Source: Pseudomonadota bacterium
Lineage (GTDB): Bacteria > Pseudomonadota > Gammaproteobacteria > Xanthomonadales > Xanthomonadaceae
Reading direction: 5' to 3'
DNA: 64,000 nt
Assembly (NCBI GenBank): GCA_023430045.1
Contig: JAEZCF010000056.1
Coordinates: 22,116 to 86,115, forward strand
The notes under the pieces were generated by a model, which was not told the origin of the DNA, ran no database searches, and saw only the letters and a program-made list of their open reading frames with translations. Numbering within the stretch: position 1 is the first letter of the stretch; every line of letters begins with the position of its first letter. This document shows, piece after piece, positions 8,815-19,677 of the stretch. Made by a program: the position numbers and the translations under genes.

Positions 8815-10854
8815 TCACCCCAGGCTGGCCTCTTTCAGCCTGCGGATTTCGTCGCGCACGCGGCCTGCGTCCTCGAATTCCAGGTCCTTGGCGTGCTGGT
8901 ACATCTGCTGTTCCAGCGCCTTGATCCGGCTGGCCTGCTGGGCGGGCGTAAGGCTGGAGTAATCCACGCTTTCTTCGGCCAACGCCAGTCCGCCACGGGC
9001 TCCCTTCCCTTTGCCCCTGCCCTTTTTCGCTTCCTTCTCGGCCGCATCCGATCGCGCCCCTTCCAGCACATCCACGATGGGCCGGGCGACCGATTTCGGA
9101 ACGATGCCATGTTCCTCGTTGTACTCCACCTGCTTGGCGCGGCGGCGGTCGGTCTCGTCGATGGCGGCCTGCATGGAACGGGTGATCTTGTCGGCGTAGA
9201 GGATCGCCTTGCCGCGCACGTTGCGTGCCGCGCGGCCAATGGTCTGGATCAGCGAGCCGGTCGAGCGCAGGAAGCCTTCCTTGTCCGCATCCAGGATCGC
9301 CACCAGTGACACTTCAGGCATGTCCAGGCCCTCGCGAAGCAGGTTGATGCCCACCAGCACATCGAACTTGCCCAGGCGCAGATCGCGGATGATCTCCACG
9401 CGCTCCACGGTGTCGATGTCCGAATGCAGGTAGCGCACGCGGATGCCATGCTCGCTGAGGTATTCAGTGAGATTCTCGGCCATGCGCTTGGTCAGCGTGG
9501 TGACCAGCACGCGGTCGCCCATCCGGATGCGCTCGTTGGCCTCGCTCATCAGGTCGTCGACCTGGGTACCCACCGGGCGGATCTCCACCACCGGATCGAT
9601 CAGGCCGGTCGGCCGCACGACCAGTTCGGCCATGTCCTCGCCGGCCTCGCGATACTCATACGGGCCCGGCGTCGCCGATACATAGATGCTGCGTGGGCAG
9701 CGCGCTTCCCATTCCTCGAAGCGCAACGGACGGTTGTCCAGCGCGGATGGCAGCCGGAAACCGAACTCCACCAGGGTTTCCTTGCGCGAACGGTCACCCT
9801 TGAACATCGCGCCGATCTGCGGAATGGTCACGTGCGATTCGTCGATCACCAGCAGCGCGTCCGGCGGCAGGTAATCAAACAGCGTCGGCGGCGGCTCGCC
9901 CGGGCCTTTGCCGGTGAGGTGACGCGAATAATTTTCGATGCCGTTGCAAAAGCCCACTTCGGCCATCATTTCCAGGTCGAACTGGGTGCGCTGCGCCAGC
10001 CGCTGGGCTTCCACCAGTTTGTTCTGCGAATACAGCTGCTCCAGGCGTTCCTTCAGCTCGATCTTGATGGTGTCCACCGCCGACAGCACGCGTTCGCGCG
10101 TGGTGGCGTAGTGGGTCTTGGGATACACGGTGAAGCGCTGCATGTTGCGCAACGTTTCGCCGGTGAGCGGATCGAACAGGGTGATCTTCTCGACCTCGCC
10201 ATCGAACAGTTCCAGCCGCAGCGCCTCACTGTCCGATTCGGCCGGGAACACGTCGATCACTTCGCCACGCACGCGGAACGTGCCACGCTGCAGTTCGTAT
10301 TCGTTGCGGGTGTACTGCAGCTGGGTCAGGTGATTGATCAGGTCACGCTGGTCGATGCGTTCGCCCTTGGACAGGATCAGCCGCAGCGACAGGTAATCTT
10401 CCGGTGCACCCAGGCCATAGATGGCCGACACCGTTGCAACCACCAGCGCATCCGGACGCGACAACAGCGTCTTGGTGGCAGCCAGGCGCATCTGCTCGAT
10501 GTGCTCGTTGATCGAACTGTCCTTCTCGATGAAGGTGTCCGACGACGGAACGTAGGCTTCCGGCTGGTAGTAATCGTAGTAACTGACGAAGTATTCCACC
10601 GCGTTGTGCGGGAAGAACGCCTTGAATTCGCCGTACAGCTGCGCGGCCAGGGTCTTGTTGGGCGCCATGATCAACGTCGGCTTCTGGATGCGGTCGATGA
10701 CGTTGGCGATGGTGTACGTCTTGCCGGACCCGGTCACGCCCAGCAACGTCTGTTTTGCCACGCCCGCCTCGAAGTTGCTGCTGAGCTTTTCGATGGCGTT
10801 CGGCTGGTCGCCTGCCGGCGAATACGGCGAGACGAGTTGGAAACGGTCGCTCAT
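8815..10854 (-). CDS. uvrB: Excinuclease ABC subunit B
   Basis: GVTGSGKT Walker [15 protein letters not shown] beta-hairpin, IDESH, C-terminal UVR coiled coil. Confidence 0.98.
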   Translation of the reverse strand: MSDRFQLVSPYSPAGDQPNAIEKLSSNFEAGVAKQTLLGVTGSGKTYTIANVIDRIQKPTLIMAPNKTLAAQLYGEFKAFFPHNAVEYFVSYYDYYQPEAYVPSSDTFIEKDSSINEHIEQMRLAATKTLLSRPDALVVATVSAIYGLGAPEDYLSLRLILSKGERIDQRDLINHLTQLQYTRNEYELQRGTFRVRGEVIDVFPAESDSEALRLELFDGEVEKITLFDPLTGETLRNMQRFTVYPKTHYATTRERVLSAVDTIKIELKERLEQLYSQNKLVEAQRLAQRTQFDLEMMAEVGFCNGIENYSRHLTGKGPGEPPPTLFDYLPPDALLVIDESHVTIPQIGAMFKGDRSRKETLVEFGFRLPSALDNRPLRFEEWEARCPRSIYVSATPGPYEYREAGEDMAELVVRPTGLIDPVVEIRPVGTQVDDLMSEANERIRMGDRVLVTTLTKRMAENLTEYLSEHGIRVRYLHSDIDTVERVEIIRDLRLGKFDVLVGINLLREGLDMPEVSLVAILDADKEGFLRSTGSLIQTIGRAARNVRGKAILYADKITRSMQAAIDETDRRRAKQVEYNEEHGIVPKSVARPIVDVLEGARSDAAEKEAKKGRGKGKGARGGLALAEESVDYSSLTPAQQASRIKALEQQMYQHAKDLEFEDAGRVRDEIRRLKEASLG

Positions 10855-10991
10855 GGGGCTGCCAGGTCAGGGGGAGGCCAGTATACCGGGGGGGTTGGTG
10901 ACGGGCGGCTGAGGGAAACCCCGAGCCTAGGGTGCATGGAGCAGCGACGGCGCTACAGTGCCCTGCCGCTGCAGCATGAAGCCCAGCCCGT

Positions 10992-11558
10992 ATGGACCTG
11001 TCCGGAATGCGGCCCTGCTCGTTTTCATCCTGTTCAGCGCGGGGCGGCTTCGGCCTCCTGGAAATGATGGTCGCCGCGCTGATCCTGGCGACGCTGTGTT
11101 CGCTGGCACTGCCATCGTTCCACCGCGGCCTGGACCGCCTGAAAGCCGATTCGCTGCGCATGCAGCTGGTTTCCGTGCTTTCGACCGCGCGCAGCACCGC
11201 CATTGTCCGGCAGCAGCGTATCGACGCCTGTCCAAGCAGCGACGGCGGTACCTGCGGCGACGACTGGAGCCACGGCTGGCTGCTGTATCCCGGTGCGCCA
11301 CCGTCACGGCCGGCGCCGCCGGGCAGCCCGGGCATGGAGCCACTGCTGGTCGAGCAACGCGCGCCCTCCCGTGTGCGGGGCATTCACACGTCCGGACGCC
11401 CGCGCATCCAGTTCCGGCCAGACGGACGGAACGCCGGGAAGAACCAGACGATCTATATCTGCCTTGGCGATTACCGCCACAGCGAGGTGGTGGTCAATGT
11501 GCCGGGGCGGATCCGCAGCAAGCGTGTGCGTCGCCCGACACCCTGCAGGCCACGCTGA
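10992..11558 (+). CDS. fimT: GspH/FimT-family minor pilin
   Basis: Prepilin site G|FGLLEMMV, ARSTAI, ACPSSDGGTCGDDWSHGW, C-terminal GRIR. Confidence 0.82.
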   Translation: MDLSGMRPCSFSSCSARGGFGLLEMMVAALILATLCSLALPSFHRGLDRLKADSLRMQLVSVLSTARSTAIVRQQRIDACPSSDGGTCGDDWSHGWLLYPGAPPSRPAPPGSPGMEPLLVEQRAPSRVRGIHTSGRPRIQFRPDGRNAGKNQTIYICLGDYRHSEVVVNVPGRIRSKRVRRPTPCRPR

Positions 11559-11565
11559 AAACAAC

Positions 11566-11590
11566 AAAGGCCGCGATTTCTCGCGGCCTC
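11566..11590. terminator. Hairpin terminator between fimT and tRNA-Asn
   Basis: AGGCCGCGA-tttc-TCGCGGCCT stem with an A-rich flank. Confidence 0.7.
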
Positions 11591-11599
11591 TGCAGAATA

Positions 11600-11676
11600 T
11601 GGCGCCCGAAGTTGGACTCGAACCAACGACCCCCTGATTAACAGTCAAGTGCTCTAACCGGCTGAGCTATTCGGGC
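11600..11676 (-). tRNA. tRNA-Asn(GTT)
   Basis: GCCCGAATAGCTCAGCCGGTTAGAGCACTTGACT-GTT-AATCAGGGGGTCGTTGGTTCGAGTCCAACTTCGGGCGCCA. Confidence 0.97.
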
Positions 11677-11742
11677 GGGGTGCGCATTCTAGCCAGTACA
11701 CCCGCGCCTTCGCAACCCCTCCTCCAGGCTCCCGCTGATGGC

Positions 11743-12156
11743 CTACCAGCAGCCAGACACCGTACTTTCGGTGGGCGTCTTGCGGCCAGCCTGGTCCAGC
11801 GTCAGCGTGCCGCATTTGTCCTTTTCCTGTGCTCCCGCGGGCACCGCCTGAAGCTTGAAGGCGGAAGCCGATGCATTGCCATCAAAGGAAATGGCGTACT
11901 GCGATGTTCCGTCGCGCGGCGATCGCGTGAACGGCAGCGTCAATCCGACATAGGAATTCTGCACGGTGTGATGCCGCTCCAGCACCTGGGCGAGCTCTAT
12001 CAGGTCCGCCTTGGCCTGTGCGCGACGCGATTTCCGCACATGCTCCTGATAGGACGGAAAGGCCACCGCGGCCAGGATGGCGACCACCGCCACCACGATC
12101 ATCAACTCGATCAGGGTGAAGCCACGGACAGCCGGAGAAGATGACGCGATACGCAT
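11743..12156 (-). CDS. pilE: Type IV minor pilin PilE
   Basis: G|FTLIELMIVVAVVAIL, PSYQEHVRKSRR, DKCGTLTL, C-terminal CW; start after GAGG RBS. Confidence 0.93.
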   Translation of the reverse strand: MRIASSSPAVRGFTLIELMIVVAVVAILAAVAFPSYQEHVRKSRRAQAKADLIELAQVLERHHTVQNSYVGLTLPFTRSPRDGTSQYAISFDGNASASAFKLQAVPAGAQEKDKCGTLTLDQAGRKTPTESTVSGCW

Positions 12157-12179
12157 TGAACACCTCGAATTCGGTTCAG

Positions 12180-15100
12180 TCATCGGATCTGCCGCCAGGA
12201 CTGCCGGCCACAGGGGCGAGGCATGTACATGGCATCAGCGCCGGGGGCACGCAGCACGAAGGTGCACTGGTCCGCCTGGATCAGCTTGTCCACGGTGCAG
12301 CTTGCATCCTTGGGATCGCAAGGCGTCAGCTTCGGCACGAAGATGCTGGTGTCCTTCACCGGCGGTCCCTGCCCACGATCGCCGCCCTTGGTCAGCGCCA
12401 CCGCGCCGCAGTTGCCGGTACACAGCGGGTCGCCTCCGATCTCCGGACTCAGGCCCGACATGGCACCGCCTCCGGTCAGCAGGTTCAGTCCATACAGCCA
12501 GTTCGTACCACCGCCGCTTCCGCAGATGGCGGTACCCGGCACATAGGTGGTGAAGAAAACGCTGCCGTTCTGGATGTTGGGGTTGCCAACGAAGCGCTCA
12601 CCTTCCACGGTGGTGTCCACCAGCAGATCCACGTACCAGCCGCGCACCGATGTGTAGTTGACGTTGTTGCGACTGACGTTACGGATGTCGTACCCGGCAT
12701 TGGACGTGGTGCTGCTGACCGTCTGCTCCACCAGTGCCGTGCGACCGCCCACCGCCGTCTTCAGGTCGTCCCATACGCCATACAGGCTCTGCACCGGCGA
12801 GGTGCTGCTGATCTGGTTGTCGTCGGCCGCAAAATACTGGCCGGTGCCGAAGAACAGGCTGACACCACCGCCCGGGCCGCTGGATACCTCGATGCCGCTC
12901 ATGATCGGCTGTACCGCATTGTCGCGCACGGCAGTGAACAGCGGCGCACCGTCCAGCGCCACCCTCCAGTTCGCCGGGTTGGTATCGGACAGATCGAATT
13001 TCCATAGATTGCCCTGCATGTCGCCGCCGTACACCGTGTCGGTGATGCCATCGGCATTCTTGAGCGCCACCGGGGCCAGGTTGATGAGGCCATTGCGGTT
13101 GGCATAGCCCGCACCGGACGGTGCGATACGGGCCAGCACCTGGCCCGTTCCGATATCGACAACGAACAGGACAGGCTTGGCACTGGTGGAGTTGACACCG
13201 TTGCCGAACAGGGCGACAAAGCGCGGCGCCGTGTTGGCCGAGCCCGCAGTCAGCGGCACGATCACGGGTTTGCCGAGCACGAAGCCGAGATCGGACTCGG
13301 TCTTGCCGGACACTTCCCAGAGCACCTTGTCGGCGTTGAAGCCGGTGGGATCGCCGACATCGAGGCCGAAGACCAAACCATGACCGACACTGCTGGCATT
13401 CGGCGCCTTGCTGGAACCGCCACCGCCGGTCGTCCCTACCAGCACCGAGTGCCACGCGTTGCTGTAATAGACATCCGACGAGGTCAGCGGACCGTCCACG
13501 TAGTACCGGTGACCATATTTTGGATTGGCAAGTTCACTGATGTGCTGCAGCGCAGCCGACGGAATGAAAGCGAGCTCCTCGTTGCCTGCCGCGGCGCTGT
13601 CGGACCCGTTGAAGCCATGCAGCATGCCGTCGTTGGCGCCGACGTAGACCATGGTGGGCGGCCCGCTGGTGGCCCGCTTGCTGGTCAGGAAGGTTTGGTA
13701 GGCCGTACCCAGCGTTCTTTTCCATTCCGTGGCATAGGTCGACCAGGAGGCATAGCCATAGTCATCCCGGTTGGAGACGATTTCCGTCGTGGAGTTGACG
13801 ATATCGCCCAATGGCGTGCTGCGCGTACGCAGGCCACTGACCGGCGAGCCGCGCAGGAAGGTCATCAGCCGGCCGAACTTCTGCTCGTCAGTGCCCGTCC
13901 CGATCCAGTCGGGTATGGAATCACTGAAACCGAGTACGGAAAGCTTTGCCCGGTAATTGTTACCGGGAATGTTGTTGGCCACGAACTCCACGACCTTTGC
14001 ACGCGTCACCGCGCCATCATTTGCCGTGCTGGTTGGCGCTGTAGCGGTATAAATGCGCCGCGTGGAGCCAGCAATCCTGCTGGAGGCACGCCAGAGTTCG
14101 CCGCCATCGGTACCGTCGGTGCCGACACGCGTTGCGATCACATCACCGGTCCAGTCATAGGAGCCACTGGGCACCGTGAAATGGGACGACACCGTGAACG
14201 AACCGGTGGTGATGCGTGCGCCGGCACCGCTGCCACCGACCGGGGCGTCGCCTTCGGCCGCGCTGTCGAAGATCGACTCCAGCGCTTCCTTCAGCTTGGT
14301 CGGGTTGCGTGCCAGGAAGTAGTTGTCGGGGACGCCGGCCTTCTTGCTGTCCCACTTCTTTCCGGCTGGCACACCGTACTTGGCCGCATACCACAGCGGG
14401 CTTTCCAGCTGGCCGGCGGCGCCTCTGGACAGCTTGTACTTGGTGACGATCGGCTTCTGCCATGTACCCGGATAATCATTGACGGATGTCAGTACCGAAT
14501 TGTCCTGGTTGCCGGGACGCAGGGCCAACCGCTGCACACCATCTGCGGCGTTCGAGCCGGTGATGGTGTAGCCGGTGAGCATCGCATTGCCGGCGTAGGC
14601 GGACAGATTCTCGATGCGCACCATGACCTCGTCAGCAGCAACGGTGCCGCTGATGCCGCCATTGGTCGTACACACACGCGTACCAGCATTGGCCGCACTG
14701 ACACTCTTGGTCGCATCGGCACGCCAGCAGATGTTGTTGAAGCTGCCGGTTTCGGTGCAGGCGGCACCCACGCAGTAACTCATCATGGCGACGACGTCAT
14801 TGTCATGATCGTTGCCCCACAGCGAGTCTTCCCACACCAGCGAGAAACTGCCCGCCGTGCCATCGGCCTTGTAGGGCCGGCCATAGATGTTGTTCTGCGA
14901 CGTGGTGGAGACCTTGGTTCCGATACCGATGGAGCCGAGGAAGCAACTGCGCCAGCCACCATCGGTGATCTGGGCGCCGCCGGTATTGTTCGCCTGGCAC
15001 AACGGCGACAGCCCGATCTTGCCGCCGCCCACACTGATCTCGAACTTCGGCAGGTTCTCGGCCATTGCGACCGCGTAGGTGGTCGCGGTGACCTTGTAGC

Positions 15101-16817
15101 TGGACGGTTTGTTCTGCAGGCCAGGACGCAGATCGGTCTCGGCTGCCGCCTTGGCCAGGCCCGCCATCATGAAACTGCCTTCCATGGACGGAATGTCCGG
15201 GCAGATGCCGCGCACCTCGCTCAGCTTGCTGACCGTGCGGCCCTGGCAGATATTCTCATGCGCGGCAGTCCTGTCGCCGGGGCTGGCAAAGATGTTGCCC
15301 GCCATGTAGTCCTTGCCCACCAGCCCTTCCGCCGTGCCGACCGCATCGGTCGCGCTGGTCGCCGATGCAAGGTTGACAACGCTGCCGAGGTTGTCGCTGT
15401 CGAACGACGGCAGGCCGGAGGACATGACCAGGATGTTGCAGCTGGCGCAATAGGAGTTTCCGCCACTTTCCGGCGATCGGTAGGGATCCTTCCAGGTCAC
15501 GCCCGTGGGCAGGCCCGAGAGGTCCGTGCCACTATTGTACGACGTGGTCTTTGTCCCTGCCGTTACGTAACGCAACGCTTCGGCATACATTTCGGCAAGC
15601 GGATTGCCCCATGCGCTGCACTTCTGGGAGCCAGCGCCCGGATCGTCCAGAACGCGGTCCGCATTACCTTGACGGTTGAGGATGCTGTAGGCGTTGCAGT
15701 CGGTCCAGTTGTTGCTCCAGTTCCACTTGTCGATCTTGAAAGCGGAAATCGTGTTGATTACACCTTCGCCATCCTTGGTCGCCCCATTCTTCAGATAGCA
15801 GAATTGTCCTGTCGAGAGGTCGATCTCATCGCCCGCTGCGCAGAAGGTCGTGCCGTTGCCGGCAATCTTGCCGATATTGCGTCGGAGCACACCGCCATCA
15901 CGAGGCTTGGAATACGTACCTGATACCAACCCGAAACGCAGTCGCCCACTTTCGCCGTAGGTCTGCAGCAGGCCGGCAGGCTTGTATCGATCCGTGGTTC
16001 CGTTGTTGTATTTGCGGCAGAAGCTCTCGCGCACGTCGTTGGCGCCCGACGCGCAGACCTCGACGCGGACGGTGTAATTGGTCGCCGAAGTGGGCGTGTC
16101 GCTGTTGCGGTTGACGCCGCACTGCACACTCGCTGTCGAGGCCCATTCCGACCAGTTACCAGCCGCGACGCGCATCAGCGGCATGCCGCCGGATTCAATG
16201 GTCGCGTTGCAGAAGGACTGCGTCCCTCGCAACGGCGTAAAACTGTTGATGTCGTTACCGCTGTATACCTTCACCCAGGCGTGCAGATCGCTGGGGATCT
16301 GCGCGCGCTCGATGACGGTCGTGGCACCATCGGTCACGCGTTGCCCGCCGTAGAGCACGCTGCGCACGACGTCCAGCCGGCTCATCGTCACCCAGTTGAG
16401 GAAGTTTCCGGACCAGTCACCATTGCAGGTGTGGCCATTGGTGCCACCGGCCTGGCCGGATGCCTTGAACTTTCCGCTGGTGCCACTGCCGGATGCTGCG
16501 TAACAGAGCTTCGAATCGAAATAGCCGCCGTACTCGAACTTGTCCAGGTACGTGGTGTCGAGGACGCCGTCCTCGTCCAAGTCGCTGTAATCGCTGTACG
16601 CCTTGTTGAACAGCTGCTCATCGCGCGACATCACCATCATCATCAGCGGCGGCTGGCTCTGCTTGGTGTACAGCGGCTCCTGCGCGATGTCGTAATCACC
16701 GATCGCCGCACGCAGCGGAACCACCAGCGCGATCACGCCGGCAAGTACTGCCGTAGCCGCACCTGCGCGCAGCCAGGTGGCCGGAGTCATTCGGAGAAAG
16801 CGACGCTGGGAAGTCAT
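12180..16817 (-). CDS. pilY1: Type IV pilus tip adhesin PilY1 (1545 aa)
   Basis: C-terminal beta-propeller motifs YVGANDGMLHGF, YYVDG, YGGDMQGNLWKFDL, FFGTGQY, terminal RQSWRQI; position in the minor pilin operon. Confidence 0.95.
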   Translation of the reverse strand: MTSQRRFLRMTPATWLRAGAATAVLAGVIALVVPLRAAIGDYDIAQEPLYTKQSQPPLMMMVMSRDEQLFNKAYSDYSDLDEDGVLDTTYLDKFEYGGYFDSKLCYAASGSGTSGKFKASGQAGGTNGHTCNGDWSGNFLNWVTMSRLDVVRSVLYGGQRVTDGATTVIERAQIPSDLHAWVKVYSGNDINSFTPLRGTQSFCNATIESGGMPLMRVAAGNWSEWASTASVQCGVNRNSDTPTSATNYTVRVEVCASGANDVRESFCRKYNNGTTDRYKPAGLLQTYGESGRLRFGLVSGTYSKPRDGGVLRRNIGKIAGNGTTFCAAGDEIDLSTGQFCYLKNGATKDGEGVINTISAFKIDKWNWSNNWTDCNAYSILNRQGNADRVLDDPGAGSQKCSAWGNPLAEMYAEALRYVTAGTKTTSYNSGTDLSGLPTGVTWKDPYRSPESGGNSYCASCNILVMSSGLPSFDSDNLGSVVNLASATSATDAVGTAEGLVGKDYMAGNIFASPGDRTAAHENICQGRTVSKLSEVRGICPDIPSMEGSFMMAGLAKAAAETDLRPGLQNKPSSYKVTATTYAVAMAENLPKFEISVGGGKIGLSPLCQANNTGGAQITDGGWRSCFLGSIGIGTKVSTTSQNNIYGRPYKADGTAGSFSLVWEDSLWGNDHDNDVVAMMSYCVGAACTETGSFNNICWRADATKSVSAANAGTRVCTTNGGISGTVAADEVMVRIENLSAYAGNAMLTGYTITGSNAADGVQRLALRPGNQDNSVLTSVNDYPGTWQKPIVTKYKLSRGAAGQLESPLWYAAKYGVPAGKKWDSKKAGVPDNYFLARNPTKLKEALESIFDSAAEGDAPVGGSGAGARITTGSFTVSSHFTVPSGSYDWTGDVIATRVGTDGTDGGELWRASSRIAGSTRRIYTATAPTSTANDGAVTRAKVVEFVANNIPGNNYRAKLSVLGFSDSIPDWIGTGTDEQKFGRLMTFLRGSPVSGLRTRSTPLGDIVNSTTEIVSNRDDYGYASWSTYATEWKRTLGTAYQTFLTSKRATSGPPTMVYVGANDGMLHGFNGSDSAAAGNEELAFIPSAALQHISELANPKYGHRYYVDGPLTSSDVYYSNAWHSVLVGTTGGGGSSKAPNASSVGHGLVFGLDVGDPTGFNADKVLWEVSGKTESDLGFVLGKPVIVPLTAGSANTAPRFVALFGNGVNSTSAKPVLFVVDIGTGQVLARIAPSGAGYANRNGLINLAPVALKNADGITDTVYGGDMQGNLWKFDLSDTNPANWRVALDGAPLFTAVRDNAVQPIMSGIEVSSGPGGGVSLFFGTGQYFAADDNQISSTSPVQSLYGVWDDLKTAVGGRTALVEQTVSSTTSNAGYDIRNVSRNNVNYTSVRGWYVDLLVDTTVEGERFVGNPNIQNGSVFFTTYVPGTAICGSGGGTNWLYGLNLLTGGGAMSGLSPEIGGDPLCTGNCGAVALTKGGDRGQGPPVKDTSIFVPKLTPCDPKDASCTVDKLIQADQCTFVLRAPGADAMYMPRPCGRQSWRQIR

Positions 16818-17299
16818 GGGATGAAAACCGTGTCGATGACGGCACTGGCCGAGGCGTTGTCGGGATCGTCACTGGCAAGCGCCGTGACCTGGTAGATGTT
16901 TCCGGTTTCTTCGTTCTGGCGTTCGCCCACGCGGCGGCTGGACGCGGCAAAACATTTATCCACGCGGCGTGTGTAGTTCGCCGCGGCTGTGCCGATACCG
17001 TCGGCCCAGGTCAACGGGTCGTAGGTCGGGCTGCATTCTTCCTGGTCGGCCACGAATACGCCGCCGTCGGAGATCTCGGCGTCGATGTCGTTCTCGATCT
17101 GCCGCGCGTCTGCCTCGGCGTTCTGGAAGGCCTGGTTGGTACGGAAATAATTGGCCGCCATGCGTTCCTGCATGCCGGTGACCTGCATGCCGGCAATGCC
17201 GATCAGCGCCAGCAGGATCAGCATGATCAGGGCGACATACAGGACCGCGCCACGCTGCGCATGAGGTGAGGGCGGGCGGCGGAGCATCCGGATGGACAT
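16814..17299 (-). CDS. pilX: Type IV minor pilin PilX
   Basis: QRG|AVLYVALIMLILL, ERMAAN...QAFQNAEA. Confidence 0.92.
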   Translation of the reverse strand: MSIRMLRRPPSPHAQRGAVLYVALIMLILLALIGIAGMQVTGMQERMAANYFRTNQAFQNAEADARQIENDIDAEISDGGVFVADQEECSPTYDPLTWADGIGTAAANYTRRVDKCFAASSRRVGERQNEETGNIYQVTALASDDPDNASASAVIDTVFIP

Positions 17300-17306
17300 G
17301 GGCACC

Positions 17307-18503
17307 TCAGTTGCCATACAGACGGTTACGAAGGGCGATGGTGGTCTGGTACACCGCGCGCATGCGCCCGTCGCTCGGCGCGGTGAACGTCACGCCGAGG
17401 GCGTTCAGTTCGGCCGCGCCCGTTGCCTGGCGTGCGGCAGCCGGATCCGGACTGGACATCAGCAGGCCCAGCTGCACGGCGCCGACACGGCGCCAGGCGA
17501 GCGCGTCATCACCCGGCACCGAGGCCAGTACCGATGTGGCCGTTCCCTGGCTGTCGATGTAGCCGGTGGGAGCCGTGGTGGACAGCGCGCGGTCCTGGCC
17601 ATACAGCAGCTGCATGTTTTCCACGCCTTCCACCAGCGCTTCCGGCGCACCGGCCACCAGATCGCCATTGGGCACGGCTGAAAAGCGGACTCTGTACAGC
17701 GAGGTTCCACCGGTGTCGGCATCGCGACCGACGTAATAGACCGCGCTTTCCGCCCGATACAGCATCGCCTGGCCGGTGGTATACAGGCTGGTGAAGGCTC
17801 GCCCGCCATTGAGCTGTCCCGCGTCGAACGCAACCCGTCCGCCGGCGCCGTCCACGGCATTTGCCTGGAAGGTCGTCGCGGAGAGGCAGTCCGCTATCCC
17901 GAACAGGCCGGGGTTTTCCATGCCACTGCGCAGCACGTCGAAACGCGTGGCGTCGAAGTGGAAAATCGGCGTATCCGAACCGCCGGTGATGGAGGTCACC
18001 GGCACACCGTCCGGCATCAGATAGCGCAGGGAAACCATGTCGCTGCCGTCGACACGGTTGCTCGTCGCATTGGCGATCCCAGCCGGCAGCGCAGGCGTGT
18101 AGGCCGTGCCGCCGGTGGACGGCGTCGCGGCGATGGTCAGCGAATCGCCCGGCTCGGTGCCGGTAGCCTCGAAACCTTGGATGGATCGGGCGAAATCCAG
18201 CACCGGCTGGCTGGCGCCATCCAGCGTGGAGTTCAGTGACCCGGGCGACTGCAGCGTATGCGCCTGGTCGTTGACGCAGCCGAAATGCCCTGCCATGCGC
18301 ATTTCACGCTGCAGGGAATCCATTGCGAAACGGCTGTTTTCCTGCACACGCGCCAGGCCTTCGGACAGCTGGTAGGCGGCACGCGAGGCCGCGAACACCT
18401 GGATCACGCCCAGCATGACGATCAGGCCGATGACCATGGCGATCATCAATTCGATCAGCGACAGGCCGGCCATCTGCCGGAACAAGGATGTCGGACGCTT
18501 CAC
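17307..18503 (-). CDS. pilW: Type IV minor pilin PilW
   Basis: G|LSLIELMIAM, ARVQENSRFA, LVEGVENMQLLYG, IALRN terminus. Confidence 0.93.
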   Translation of the reverse strand: MKRPTSLFRQMAGLSLIELMIAMVIGLIVMLGVIQVFAASRAAYQLSEGLARVQENSRFAMDSLQREMRMAGHFGCVNDQAHTLQSPGSLNSTLDGASQPVLDFARSIQGFEATGTEPGDSLTIAATPSTGGTAYTPALPAGIANATSNRVDGSDMVSLRYLMPDGVPVTSITGGSDTPIFHFDATRFDVLRSGMENPGLFGIADCLSATTFQANAVDGAGGRVAFDAGQLNGGRAFTSLYTTGQAMLYRAESAVYYVGRDADTGGTSLYRVRFSAVPNGDLVAGAPEALVEGVENMQLLYGQDRALSTTAPTGYIDSQGTATSVLASVPGDDALAWRRVGAVQLGLLMSSPDPAAARQATGAAELNALGVTFTAPSDGRMRAVYQTTIALRNRLYGN

Positions 18504-18964
18504 AGGATGGTCCTTGCGCTGAAGGTGGTGTCTTCCGCCTCTTCGTTCCAGCGCTCGTCACCCCAGGACACGTTCACGGTGATTTCCGAGCCATTGCGTT
18601 CCACCGTTGCTGTGGCGTTGTCGCCCAGCGCCTTGCCCAGGCGGCATCGCCAATCCGTCATGAATACGTCCTGGGTGATGCTCTGCCCGGTCGGCGAGGT
18701 GCAGTCATCCTTGGCGGTAGTTGCCGTGTAGGTCCCTGCATACAGGGCTGCGGCCACGCGGTTCATGCGGATCTGGTCGAGCAGTTCGTAGCTGAGGTTG
18801 GTCGCCTGTGTGCGGTAGTTCGCGCTCTGGACGTACCGTACGTTCATCGTCTGCAGCAGCGCGAAGCCCAACAGCCCGAAGCCAAGGACGAGGATGGCGA
18901 TCAGCACTTCGATCAGACTGAAACCGCCCTGCTGGCGGCGCCGAACATGGATGGCATGCATCAT
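18500..18964 (-). CDS. pilV: Type IV minor pilin PilV
   Basis: G|FSLIEVLIAILVLGFGLLG, RTQATNLSYELLDQIRMN. Confidence 0.93.
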   Translation of the reverse strand: MMHAIHVRRRQQGGFSLIEVLIAILVLGFGLLGFALLQTMNVRYVQSANYRTQATNLSYELLDQIRMNRVAAALYAGTYTATTAKDDCTSPTGQSITQDVFMTDWRCRLGKALGDNATATVERNGSEITVNVSWGDERWNEEAEDTTFSARTIL

Positions 18965-19479
18965 GCGCATGCTTCCTTGTGCAACCGGACCTGGCCGGTC
19001 GGTGAGATGGTCAGCCTGCGCTGGAGATCCTGCGAGCCGCATTCGTCCGGTCGCAGCGTGATGTCCTGCGACGCCGCAGCGCGATTGCGGCCACGCCCGT
19101 CGAACGCGACGGTCAGCTCCTGGTCGCTGGTTCCTTCAATATCCCGCCGGCCTTCGGCGAAACGCAACACGGTTTCGGTGCTGTCGTATTCGCCGTCGCC
19201 GTTGGTATCACTCCACACCATCCAGCCATCCGACCAGGCATCGCCATCGCAGCCGGCACCGGCCAGCGACGCACAGACCGCAGCGCCGCGCGTGTTCTTC
19301 ACCGCCTCCGATCGAGCCAGCGACAAGGCAGCGATGAGCTCATTGGAGGTGGTCGCCATCCGGTTCGAGCGCAGCGTGACCTGGAAACCGGGAAAGGCGA
19401 TGCTGGCCAGGATCGCCAACACGGCGATGGTGACCATCAGTTCGAGCAGAGTGAAGCCGTTGGTCCGGCGCAAAGACAT
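18961..19479 (-). CDS. fimU: FimU/FimT-family minor pilin heading the pil operon
   Basis: G|FTLLELMVTIAVLAIL, ARSEAVK, first gene of the pilVWXY1E operon. Confidence 0.85.
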   Translation of the reverse strand: MSLRRTNGFTLLELMVTIAVLAILASIAFPGFQVTLRSNRMATTSNELIAALSLARSEAVKNTRGAAVCASLAGAGCDGDAWSDGWMVWSDTNGDGEYDSTETVLRFAEGRRDIEGTSDQELTVAFDGRGRNRAAASQDITLRPDECGSQDLQRRLTISPTGQVRLHKEACA

Positions 19480-19648
19480 GGAACGCTCCCCAGCGTGATG
19501 CCGGCCACGATGCCCCGCTCCCGTCCGTCCGGCAAGGGGCGGCAGGACGAACGGTCATTCCTGGGCGACAGGCGTCAAAAGATCGGCGCGGAGCGGGAGC
19601 CGTGGCTGCGGCTCATGCCGACCTTGCGTCGGCATTGCCGGGGATAGC

Positions 19649-19673
19649 AGTGCCGACCATGGGTCGGCACTAC
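19649..19673 (-). repeat. GTAG-type REP palindrome
   Basis: GTAGTGCCGACCCATGGTCGGCACT just after the ppnN stop. Confidence 0.8.
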
Positions 19674-19677
19674 CGGA

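Noticed and set aside
10855..10991. LexA/SOS box upstream of uvrB
   Set aside because: No CTGT-N8-ACAG or other convincing palindrome found by eye.
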